Of a DNA stretch of 51,847 nucleotides, positions 36,598 to 48,272 are shown in pieces (within the stretch, counting starts at the first letter, position 1; each line of letters starts with the position of its first letter). Below the pieces are notes generated by a model. It made no database searches. It worked only from the letters and a program-made list of their open reading frames with translations, and was not told the DNA's origin. The stretch lies in contig MU271506.1 of the NCBI GenBank assembly GCA_021432655.1, positions 1 through 51,847 of the forward strand. Direction: 5' to 3'. Position numbers and translations under genes: made by a program. The stretch comes from Atractiella rhizophila (lineage: Eukaryota).

Positions 36598-37898
36598 TCA
36601 CTCACTTGCGACGAGTGCCTTTGACGCCGCCTTACTGTACCACTTGTCTTTTGGGATGAATGCATCAGCATAAGAGCCTTTGAGGACGTCTGCGACAGCG
36701 AAGCTCTTATGTTCCTGTGCGACTGCCGCCATCAAGCTCGCTGCCGCTGTTCCTTCTGTCTTCGCCTTCTCATCGAGAATATCGGCATAGCGGTCTGCCA
36801 CGATAATCTTCCCTACTTTGGTGGTGATCGATGTCATCCAAGCACCGTAGGCGCCCCTGCCCCATCACATATGTTAGCATCTCGCGTCGTATTGGAGACG
36901 ACACACCATTTCGGCTCGGTGACGCCTCCGTCCCACGTCGGCACCCTCGCGACGGTCTGCCCATTCGTAAGTGTTTTCTTCTTTCCATCCAACCACAATT
37001 CGGTAATGCCGGTCTGAGCGGTGCGTCCAGTAGTGATGCGGATGGTGACGTCGTACCACTTGTTCGCAACCGCTGGTGTTGTGAAGAGCGGAACGTACTG
37101 ATCGTTATTAGGTTTGTTATACTATTTACCAAAGTTAGCCTCAATGGAAGGAGGCAATGTAAGAAGAAAAACAGACGTAAGTAAGGGTCTTGCCAGAGCC
37201 GTCAACGAGCCATTGGAGGGGAATGTTGAGAACCGCAGGCTGTGACGAGGTGCCAGCGAATTGATGGAATTGGAAACTAGTTGCATTGAATTCTTCAGCT
37301 TCTCGCTTCGCGGAATCGATGAAGATGAGGGGCGTACACTCGATTCGTCTTCACGGTGCATGCCTCGTCTTGATTCGTGCAATCGACAGGCTTGGGGAGG
37401 TTGGTCATGAGAAACTTCCTAACATTGCGAAGGGTTGTAGCCTTGAATGATTTGGACGAGAACCTACCAATTGATGTAGTAAGTCTTTCCTTCCTCAAAT
37501 AGTCCCTTCCCGCCATGCACCTCAGCTCTATCGTACTTTGCACCCTTGTAAAAGTTATAAGTCGCCGCAGAGCCAGAGCCAGACACGAAGAAAGTCTGCG
37601 CCTGTGTTTGATCGTTCCCCACGCAGTTGGGGTATTCTGCTCAACGATGAGAAGATGGAAGGATGCGAGGAGTAGAGGAGTGACGGACGTTTGGGACACA
37701 CGTTCCCGTTCAAAGGACCAATGTTGGTAACCTGTTCCACCACGCATTTTGGTCACTGCTGTCTTGAAAGGGGACTTTGGATAGAGGACACACCTTTGCT
37801 CCAGCTTTGGAGGGATCATAGATCTTGATGATTGTCGCTTGCGATCCGATGTTCAGGATGGATGAGAGGAGGACGAGGGAGATTAGATGATGCAACAT
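36598..37898 (-). CDS. Secreted beta-jelly-roll polysaccharide-lyase-like protein, paralogue C (intact)
   Basis: MLHHLISLVLLSSIL...YDPSKAGAK|VTNIGPLNGNVCPK|QYPNC...YDRAEVHGGKGLFEEGKTYYINW|KFLMTNLP..C....AC.VKTNRV|FQFHQF...IPLQWLVD...|KWYDVTIRITTGRTAQTGITELWLDG...VPTWDGGVTEPKW|GAYG...VGKIIVADRY. Six introns at the same positions as in paralogue A. Confidence 0.78.
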
Positions 37899-38824
37899 TG
37901 TGAACTGGAAGGAATGAATGACAACGTGCTTAAAAGCGATGTAGCTAAAGTAACTGTTGAAGAAAGAGGAACTGCTCGGAGATTGGTCTATCTACTCCCC
38001 GACTCTGGCTTCGAGCAGCAGGAGGCGCTTGAGAATTGGGAAAAGAGAAATAATAAAGGGTGGGCGAGACATCTGGAATGTTCCCGCGAAAGGCATCCAA
38101 TTTCCATTCCTTCGGAACTAGAACTTCTGGACTGGGTCAGCATGTTCATTGTCCCTACTCGTCCAGAGGTGTCCGGACGTTGCGGTTGACAAGAATGACC
38201 TATGCTGCTGACAACAGACGGAGGGTAACAGGACTGCAGGCAATTTTATTGCTACGATAACCATCCATTTTCCTAGTCCTCTTATGAAGGAAACCGGAAC
38301 AGCAATACCACAAACAATATTCTGAGGAGTGGGTCAGTGGACATCAGATTTCAAAAAGGTACAACCAAGCAAGAAGTTTCTATCTACCTTTAGTCAGTGT
38401 CGAATGCGTCTCCTCAAGCTTGAGGTATTGTCCAACCCCAAGATGAAATTGGTGGACAACAAATATCCGGACGGATTGAACCACACGCCATCATTACATG
38501 GAGGAGTTGCAAGTCACCGTACTCTGCACAGTAGTTTGAAGTAAAGAGGAGATGCTACCGAAATAGACACAGGGCGACTTCGATGCATGAAGCCATGAAG
38601 GACGCACGAAAAGAAGGTCGATATATCAATCACGACAAATATTGATATTTATTATATCTCCAAACCAATAGTTTTCCATTTTGAGCTGAGCAAACAAATC
38701 ATGTTCACCGACAACCAGCAACAACAAAGTGACCATCATCAACCGTCTTCAACTTCATCTTCGTTTTGAGCACCAACGCCACAGCCAACAACCTCGTCTT
38801 CCTTCCGCCATCCTCCGTCAGCAG

Positions 38825-41295
38825 ATGTCACGCTTCCAGTCAGCTGCAGCCACCCCGCGCGAGGGCCTCGACGCCTCCCAGATCCTCGGCTACCTCGCGA
38901 GCCTGTCAGACGTCGAGCTGCGGGAGACCTTGTCCTCCGACCCGAACCTCCTGCACGAGATCAATAGTCTTTTCCCCGACATCACCGCTTCAGCAGGCCT
39001 GTCGGGTGTCGCAAACATGTTGGCGGGCGGCGCGGGGAGCCCAGCTGGTCATGAACAGTATCGGAGAGGTGGGAGCGCAGGTGCGAGGGGTGGAGCTGGG
39101 AGAGGCGGGAGGATGGATGGTAGGCTGGGAAGGGGTTTGGGGCTGGGAGGCAATGGAACCCCGAGGAGGATGTATGCTGCGAACGGCGGCGGGAGTTCGA
39201 GAGAGGTGCGTCCGTCGTTCCTTAGTCACAGCTCCCTTTGTTGCTGAATGGCGGATGTGCAGAGTGTTGTAGGAGGAGTGAGGGTACCGAATAATACCCC
39301 TGCTCACGCTGACCCCGCCAACTTGGGTGGTATCGACCTCTCACAACTCAACCTCGACCCGTCCATGCAAGGTGGGGATCCAAACGAGATCCTTCCACTG
39401 ACGATACCTTTACCGGTAGCTAAACGGCTTTTACCTCCTGAAGGTAACTCCAATCCTCAACGTACTCTTCAACTCTGATGGATGGATAAATAGGGCCAGG
39501 TTTCAGAAATCTCCTTTTTCCTCTCAAGCGGACCAAACATCCTGGTGACGACAAGTCGCTCAAGCAGAGTTTGTTGATTCTCAGTCGCGTGAGTGAGTGG
39601 AAGGAATATGCCGAGTATGCTGTCAGGAACGGTGAGTCTTTTCTCTCCCTGCCTCCTCTTTACTAGGTGTATTGTCTGTCTGCGTTTGTGGGATGTGAAT
39701 GTTCTTCCCTTTTCTGCTCCAATTCTCCTTCGCGAGATGGGTGATGACACATGTCAACATCTCGATAATGGCTAGATCATAGAAGTAGAAGAGATGGTGT
39801 TGAGCAAGAATAGCAGGAGGTGAGAAGGTATTCCGCCTTGATGATTTGCATTCCATGATCCACACTTGATGGATCCTCATCCGCTGCTGCTGCTGCGGCC
39901 AGAGCACTTGCCAATGTTCTGACATGATATCCCTAAATCATCGCTGCGGCCGCCTCTTATAATAGCAAACAGATTGGCTGTGATGATTCGGATGTTGATG
40001 TGGAGCTATGGGACATCCCGACACCTTCCAGGGGATATTTTGTTTACACATAATCTATGCCATCTAACCACTTTTTCTTCGTCTGCTGTCATGCTTCGAA
40101 CCTTTCAAGGGCTGGCTGTGGCGGAGAATCGTTGAAGGTTGGAGGGCCTACAATGTGTCCCGCATTAATGCATCGCGACATCCCCTACTCAAAGAGTCGC
40201 CTTCGCCAATCCATCGAAAGCGATTAAAAAAATTGGGGAGATAGCAAATGCTGTCGTCTTGGTTTTCGCGCAGCCGTAGAATGTCCTGTAGGCTGTTGCG
40301 AATTGTACGGTGACGGACATTGCTGCTCCACATCTTCATCCTTGTACCGTGCCTGTACTGTTGATGCTAACTTCCCGTTTTGGTAGGCTTTTTAACACCG
40401 CTTGTTGAAGTCCTTTCGTATGTGGATCCCTAAGTTCTGGTGTCACTTTGTTGATGCCTACGTCTCAGGCACCCCGATCCTTTTGTCGGTCAACATGCGT
40501 GTCAGATCCTCCTCAACATCGCTGATCAAGTCCATCCCGACGTTCTGTTGCCGCCGCTAAAGCTGCACGAGGGCATGGTCGCTCTTCTCAACAATGCATC
40601 AGATACAGCGTCCCTCCAGCCCGCCTGCAGGCTTCTCAAACTGATGACGCTTCGTCTCGCCATCTGTCTCCCTCCTCGGTTGGTCCAGATGCCTCCCCAG
40701 GAAACGGAAGAAGGAGAACCGGAGGCGCCTCCTGAGCCGGTACTCCTTCCTGGGGCACTGAACGTCATGGCAGAGCTGGCAACTAGCATGTCCGTTCTGA
40801 TGGAAGACAATGACCAAACAATACGGCACACGAGCACGATGATCTACAACGACTTGGAGCTTCATCAGCGGATAACGGATGTTCGAGATCTTCACGAAAT
40901 CTCAGTCACGGATTTTGATAGTCTTCTCGAACTGTTCAAGTCGAAAAGGAACCTCATCGTCAGTTGGGCATGTACAGCAATGGGAATGATTCTTGAGACC
41001 GATCCGAAGGAGGAGTTCCTTCAACCCCGTTTCCTCAAGCCGATGGTGGCCCTTCTCAAGTACGTTCTCTCTTGACACTGTAGACCTGCTTAACATAACC
41101 TTTGTACACAGGCACAAGGATCCAGGTGTTCAGCGGGAGGCACGCAATGCGATCATGGCGTGCTACGAAGCAAACCTCCCAGGCGTGGTTGAGGCTTTCA
41201 AGAGCGTCGGTGGGCCGAAACCTGTCAATCCGAACACTTTCGGCGCAAAAATCTCTCGAGCTATTAAGCAGATTGATTGGGGCTCGATGGCCTGA
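38825..41295 (+). CDS. Armadillo/HEAT-repeat-like protein with Gly/Arg-rich N-terminal region; middle exons unresolved
   Basis: C-terminal exons LTPLVEVLS|HPDPFVGQHACQILLNIA, LLELFKSKRNLIVSWACTAMGMI and LKPMVALLK|HKDPGVQREARNAI follow the ARM consensus. Linkage to the 38825 exon is inferred. Confidence 0.6.
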
Positions 41296-41561
41296 GTGTT
41301 TGGAGCGCCTCGTCTTTTCATGCATTTGTTCAGTAGGTTTGTTGGATCAGTCAGTAATTGTCGTACTTCAATGCACATCATGATACAGCCCTTTGCATCT
41401 TCCCTTTCGCTGTCGTCTTTACCACAGTTCCTGTATTCTTCAGACACCAAACACATGATTTCAAAACAGCTATGGTACAGTCATGCTTCTTTCTTTGTTA
41501 GGTACATGGAAGGAATTCAATGTTCATCGTACAGTTTGCACATGGATTTGGGAGACATCGA

Positions 41562-42880
41562 CTAGCCGGAACTATCAACTTTCCTACTAAGAAGTAAGCT
41601 CGCTAATTCTTGAGCATAAGTGGGACAAACCTGTTCAAACCGCCGAGGAGCCTGATATGCAGAAAGTAAGTAAACATGAGTGTTAGGATTAAACTACGTA
41701 CGCTTTGAGGAGTTTGTCGCCAGAGACGACAGCCTGCTTCTCCGTCAACAATCCAATTAGCGAATGAGGTACTGTGATCGCACCTCCCCTACCGTAGCCG
41801 GAGTCGTATCACACATGTCTCTAATCTTATGAACCTTCTTCAGATCGTCATCGAGCCTAGTCAAGTGGGCTGTAGCTTCGTCGTCGTTCCCAATCTACTC
41901 AATCCCAGTATTTAGTCGTCGCCACGAAATTGTGAAAGGACAGTTGACCTGGATGAATTGGATTCCGACTTGGAAAAGGGGAAAGCGACCAGCATCGAGA
42001 CGCCTTGCGATGTCTACAATGACTGGTTCTGGATCTTGGTTCCTGTCTGGCGCGCCGTCTGCACAATCGGGGTCAGCAAGCCAACGTGAGACTTTGAGCT
42101 TGAGGAGCTCCACCTACCGGTGAGAACGATCAAATTCAAAGGCTTGAGCTTGGGTCCACCGGACGCCTTCTGCGCTTCCAGGGCTGCGACGTAAGGATCC
42201 AAAATCTGCCCAAAGTTTTCTGAGCGAGTATACAGGGACGAGAACTGAAGAATCACCCGTTTCAGAGCAGCAGCTGTTGGCGTTGAACGAGTTGGCCAGA
42301 CTTGGTTGAATATCTTTCTAACCTCTTGCGCGGAACTGACGGATTGCGCAACATGGGTCGAATTGAAGAAATACATGTCGACTGTTCGATAAGAGGTATC
42401 AACATATTCTATGAACAAGGTGATAGGGCGACGGGACTCACTTCCATCTGCATCGTATTGGACTGCCTTGGAAACTACCATCTCCATGGCGTTTCTCGTC
42501 TCATCCCAAAACATTTCCATGGATCCAGAATCATCTACCAGAAACACAGTGTCGTAGCGGCTATCACTTAATGAGAAACCCGAAGAATGCTTCAGACATG
42601 ACAAGGACGTACGTCAGAGCTGTGAAAGGATCTTCAGCTCCTCGAGCTGGTGCAGGAGCGCCAGCGGGTGGGGCATAACCGCCAGCAGGAGGAGCGTAAC
42701 CGCCTGGCGCTCCATAGCCTGCATTCGGAGGAGGATACGGTGGCTGGTTGCTTGGTGGAAATGGGGGAGGAGGGCCTGAGGGCGGACCGTATGACTGCAG
42801 CTTGGCGTCAGAATAGGCGTAAACATTTCAAAGAAGTGTTCGGATCTGTGGACATGGAAACATTGGGGCATCTCCCCACA
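41562..42880 (-). CDS. von Willebrand factor A domain protein with Pro/Gly/Tyr-rich N-terminus
   Basis: YDTVFLVDDSGSM (MIDAS), STPT, KPLNLIVLT|DG, QVGIQFIQ, LDDDL, IRDMCDT and LLGGLNR|KVD. N-terminal GGYAPPA repeats. Start exon uncertain. Confidence 0.88.
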
Positions 42881-43476
42881 TAGCTGACGACGAGATTGAG
42901 CAACATACACAAAGTGTTGCCCAAATCTACGGTCTTCGCGAACGTAGGTTTTGGGAGTGAATGGGGCAAATCAACAATCCCTGCTATCTAACAACACTCC
43001 CATCATTCGGAATTTCAGCCCCACCGTCCGATAGACACCAATCAACATTGCATCAACGGAAAGGAGGCCAACAGCACAGTGTCCATCTCGTTCAAGGAGC
43101 AACTCACCATGTCAGTATAAATCAAGTATATCTGTTTGTAACGGATATGAGGTTGCAATATCACTAAACCAGATGATGGCTGGATCCTTCGTTCCTCCCG
43201 TTCGTCCTTGGACACTCTGGCTGATGATGATGGCTGATGATGACGGCACTGATCGAAGGCGTGGCATGAAATGCAAAACTACGTTGAGCATCCCCTCGAA
43301 CCTGTCCCTTCCCAGCGACTTTTGACGCGCGCTGAATACAAGCATTAGCACTCAGTACTCAGTCCCCAGGGCTCCAAATGTGATCGACGCGATGTGATCT
43401 CGAGGTGATCCCATTGTTGAACAATTGTTGACTTTCACTTGGAAGCTTCCCGTCCAGTCTCCAACGTCCAACCACG

Positions 43477-45252
43477 ATGGCTTCCCTCTCCACTGCCCAA
43501 AGCATCGTCCTCGCCATCCTAGTCAGCATTCTTAGCTATGTTACGAACCAGATTTATCGCTTTGTAAAGCTGATGAAGGTGGAAGAGGACTCTGAGCGCC
43601 AGCTGGATTTGTGGTATGCCAAGAATCGAGAACAGCCGTTCTATGACGTCCGATTTCCTTTGCGCTTGCTGCCTTCGCAAACAGTGAGTCGCTCTTTCGC
43701 AAATGGAATAAGTGGCTGATTTATTGAATAGCATGTGTTGGATTATGGACTGTGGAGGAAGATGTATAAGAACACTTCTACCTTTGATGGTTCGTCCGTC
43801 CGTTCGAGTTCAACATTCTGTATTCACGAATTGAGCAGCAAAGGAACTGCATCGATATTTCAACGTCGATATTCACGGTTTACCTTCTACCCTTTTGGAC
43901 CCTTCATCTTCGGACTCTCAATCGCTGTCCAAGATTGAGCGAATACTTCACCACACGCTCTCTCCTCTCAATCTCTCCTCCTTGGTTCATTCCTTCAACA
44001 CCTGCATCGCGCACGAAGTCACTTCTCTCAAAGAAACCGTATCTGTCGAAGGGCAGAAGATCGAACTCCATCGCGTATGCTACGAAGCTATGGTTCGTGC
44101 CAGCGCCAAAGCCTTCTTTGGAAGCACCTTCCCCCTAGATGGGTTGCCAGAAATGATCAGGACTTTTGAGGCGGACTTTCAGGGAATCTACATCACTTCG
44201 AAGCTTCCTTGGCCCATCGGTGCCTTGTTGAGATGGACGGTATTGAGGAAAGGGATCGAATATCAGGAGAAATTGAGAGCGCTTTGCCTGCAGTTTCACA
44301 AGAACGGATTAGCGGAAGATGCTTCCTTGTCTGTGAAGAAGGTTAGAGCTGTGTTGGAGGAGACAGGTTGGACTGAGGAAAGCTGTGCGAGGTTCTGGAA
44401 GGTCTTGCTTTTCGTTCTGTCCTGTGCGCTGTCTCTATCGAAAATGTGCTGGAAACTAACAATTCTGATAGCAAATCTCTCAGATTCCGTCGCGTAAGCC
44501 TCCTCCTTACTCTGAACGAGACTCAGGTTTCCCACGCGCAAAGTTGGACAATGGTCCACATCCTCCAATCTCCGTCTCTCTTCCGCCAAATCAAGTCTGA
44601 AATTACCACTTTGCCCTCTCAAAGCACACTCTTTCCAAACTACACAGCTAACGAGCTAACGACCCAGCTTGCAACTCTCCTCTCTGCCTTTCACGAAACC
44701 ATGCGTCTTCGCGCTAGTCCCGCCATGGGTCGAGTAGCTAAACAAGACACTGTCCTCTCCTCCAACAAACACGAAGTTCCAATCAAGAAAGGGACTATCC
44801 TTGTCGTCCCAACGCGCTCCCTTCACGTCAATGAGAAGGTTTGGAAGGAGCCTTTTGTGTTTGATGGGACAAGGTTCGTCCGGAGCGAAGGAAAGGAAAG
44901 AGTAAAGGACCTCTACTATTTTGGAGCTGGGGCTACTCATTGCGCTGGTAGACATGTCGCAATTGCGGCGGTCTTGAGCACGATAACGATGATATTACTC
45001 AATTTCGAATTTGATGTGGAGAGGTTAGATATCAGGATGAAAGAAGGGCAGAAGATGGAGGGACAGAGGTTGGAGGTGGATGATGTGGGGGAGAGGGGAA
45101 CGGCGAGATGGACGGGGAGGGAGAATAGCTGGAAATCTAATATCTCCGGTGTTTGGAGAGCGAAGGTATGTTGCCCCGAAAAGTAGATTAGTGGCTCAAT
45201 GAAGGGTTAGGGCGGGTTTTGGATACACGTTAAACCTATCGAGAAGAATTGA
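43477..45252 (+). CDS. Cytochrome P450
   Basis: N-terminal membrane anchor, ETMRL (ExxR), FDGTRF (PERF region) and FGAGATHCAGR heme motif. Last intron starts at 45166; stop at 45250-45252. Confidence 0.93.
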
Positions 45253-45733
45253 AAAGAACGAAGAATGGCGCAAATGGCATTCAGGGATCTCGTTTCGTAT
45301 AGCGACAATAGGTTTCCATTATTCAATGTACTAGTAGCACGTTCCGGAGAGCAAACCGTGTCAATATTTCTGCCGCCCCGTTCCAGTGAAATGCTGAGAG
45401 ATTAAATGTTTAAACTCAATTCCAGGAATGTCTACCCTGTTACACCGTGATTTCCTGTTTTTCAATCCAGTTGCTAACCCGTCCGTTACTGCTTTATACC
45501 AGTTTATAACGACAATTTAACCCGTTTCTTACTGCTTTGCATCGCAGATATTTCCGATAAAAGCATTCCACGGTGAAGAATCCTATTCTGCCTCATTCCA
45601 GGAAAATGCTGATTAAATTCCCGTATTCTCCACCATGGTGTGGGAATATTTTCTGTATTTCAATTCCATATCTTTCCAGTCAAGTATTGCTTTATCCTAG
45701 TTTATAACGACATCCATCCAGTTACTTATGGCT

Positions 45734-48247
45734 TTAGGTCACAGATTTCTTCTTTGGAAAAAGCATTCCATGATAGAGGTTGGCTAACTCACGGGTTTGA
45801 TGTTCGTTGCGTTGATGCCCCAACTCGGCGTATATCTCTGCAGCCTCATTGAATCTTCCCGTCGCTAATTCGTGCAGCCCTAGGAAGGCGTCAAAGCATC
45901 CCAGTCCAGCAAGGCACTTTGCCTCGCCAAGTCGGTTTCCCAGCTCTGAGAACATGGCTTTGGCTGTATCGAATGCTTCTCTCGCCTTATTGTTATTCTG
46001 CTTCAGGTCGACAAATCCACTCTCGCAGATGCACCATGCTTCATCTGCTCGTTCGCCCAGTTCCGAGAAAATGGTTCTGGCTGTGTTGAGCGCATTCCTT
46101 GCGTCCTCGTTCTGTCCAGACTTCAAGGCAACCCTTCCTAGCCCGTAGATACACTTTGCTTCCCCGTGTCGCTCTCCCAACTGTGAAAACATGTCTTTTG
46201 CCTTCATGAACTCTCCCTTCGCTCTCTCGTTCTCTGAGAGCGCAAGATAATTCTCTCCAAGCTCAACAACGCACGCAGCCTCGCTGAGTCGATCTTGCGC
46301 TGCTGCGAAGACATCTCTGGCGTCAATGAGTGCTTCAATCCCTTTTTCGTACTGCCCATGTTCGGAGTCAATCAAACCAAGTGCGAAAATGCACTTTGCC
46401 TTGAGTTTTTCGTCTCCCAGCCTTGACAAAGTCGAGTGGGCCGTCTTGAATGCTTCGCTCGCTTTCTCCACCTGCCCAACCTGAACGTCTAGCGTCGCGA
46501 GTTCGACTATACACCTGGCCTCGTCACCCTGCTCCCCGAGTTCTGAGAAGATCGCCCTGGCTGTTTCAAATGCTTCCCTTGCTTTCTCGGTCTGGTGAAG
46601 TCTCAGGTTGACTGACCCAAGCTCCAGAATGCACCTTGCCTCGTCGCTTCTTTGTCCCAGTTTGGAGAAGATGACTTTTGCGCCATTGAAAGCTTCCATC
46701 GCATTCCTAGTCTCTCCTAGATGAAGGTAGACTTTTCCAAGCGCAACGATGGATCTGGCCTCAGTGCGTGGTTCATCTGATTCCTCTAGGGTCTTGAGGA
46801 TGTTGAGCATGACCTGTCGAGTCGCTTCTGCTAACCTCCTAGTGTGGTCCCTTGCAAAAGAACGCAGGGGTATCAAACATTATCGTTATTTTTGGATTGA
46901 ATTGCTGACTTGCACAACTGCTGCAAGGAGAGAGTCTTCGGATAAGGGATAAATGTTCGCAAGAAAAATTGAAACCTTCAAAATAAATTTCAGGCCGTCT
47001 ATTTTTCTGGAGTCATGAAAAGTAGTGAAAGCTCGACGTGTTAGCTCCGTCAAATTGGCATATTCATCAAATATGATGGATCGTGCATTCTCTAAAGGGA
47101 TTGTCTGGCCAGAACGATTCATGATCTCATGAGCAGCAGCGATCTGATGTCGGAGTAACTTGTCGAACACTTCTGTTGATCGGGGAATGTCTGAAAATTT
47201 CCCAAGTCCCACGACTGAAATTTGAACCTCATCCTGATAAAACTCTTCAATCTGCGGATTTGACCGTGACCGTGACCGTGACTAGTCTCTAATGTAGAAA
47301 TAATGAAATCTCGAATGGGAGCAAGTACACGGAGTCGGGGTCGCCTGGTTTTCAGCCCAACCGACTCTTCCACTAAGCCTGCTTGCAAAAGTCGGTCTAG
47401 AACTTCCAGCTCATCTTTTTCGTCATTCACAAGCTGATTAAGGTGTGCTTGACACAGACCATCTGAAACCAAACAAAGCAGTCCGAGTGCAAATTGACAA
47501 CGGTGGCTACGGTCGTTGAGAGAAGGGGATTGGAGAGAAAACTATGATGGAGGTACAGAGAGTGACATCGCCATTTTGCGTTTGTTTCAGAATCTGGGTT
47601 CGTACTTTCTTCCATTCAGAAAGGAGTGCTCGAAGAGACTGACAAGCTTGATTGAATCGAAGAGCGAACAGACGAATGGAAAGCGGATGCCCTTCCAATT
47701 GTTTTACGACCTCTGTTACGAGGGAAGGGTCGCATTCCATCTGGCGAAATGTTGAGCTGTGGAGTAATAGCATTTCAGCAGGTTTCGTCATAAGTCTTCC
47801 TATCCGAATGGAAGTGAATTGAGTGTCAGTGTAGTCTATGATTGGTGGCTGATATCCTCGCTGAGTGATCACCAAGGAGCTGACTGTTGGGGGCGACAGA
47901 ATGGTTCGAAGAAAGCCTTGAAGGTTATCCTTGTCCGCATTAGCTAAAGTCTCAAAATGGTCTAGAATGAGGAGGCATTTTGCGCTACAGCGTCTCGCTC
48001 TAATACATTAGAAGAGTGGAGTTCGAAAATGTCCTGGCATAGCTTCGCACTGAGGCCTTGGAAACTTTTGATGGTATCGCAATTGACGAAGAACCGACGG
48101 TCCTTTTCAGTGTCTGTGAATTCCCTTTGGATTTGAGGATCATGAAGGAGCCTTCTTGCGATTGTGGATTTTCCGTTTCCAGCTCCTCCAAGAAATTGCT
48201 ACCGGACTTCCCTCGAGGGCAGCTTCTCTGATGCTGTTGATCTCTTC
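45734..48247 (-). pseudogene. Fungal NLR-like gene (NB-ARC/STAND NTPase plus TPR array), frameshifted as assembled, 5' end lost in gap
   Basis: Walker A GGAGNGKST, RFFVNCD, Walker B CLLILDHFE, ITQRG, LEGHPLSI and RVLAPIRDF, then eight ~40-aa TPR units. Frame breaks at ~48193, ~47975, ~47540, ~47210 and ~46885. Confidence 0.85.
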
Positions 48248-48272
48248 NNNNNNNNNNNNNNNNNNNNNNNNN
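48248..48272. other. Assembly gap (25 N)
   Basis: Run of N in the sequence. Confidence 1.

Noticed and set aside
3664..45252. One RiPP biosynthetic cluster linking the repeat precursor with the Zn2Cys6 TF, SDR, nitronate monooxygenase and P450
   Set aside because: No DUF3328/UstY oxidase (HxxHC), peptidase or transporter was recognised. The enzymes lie 16-40 kb away among unrelated genes.
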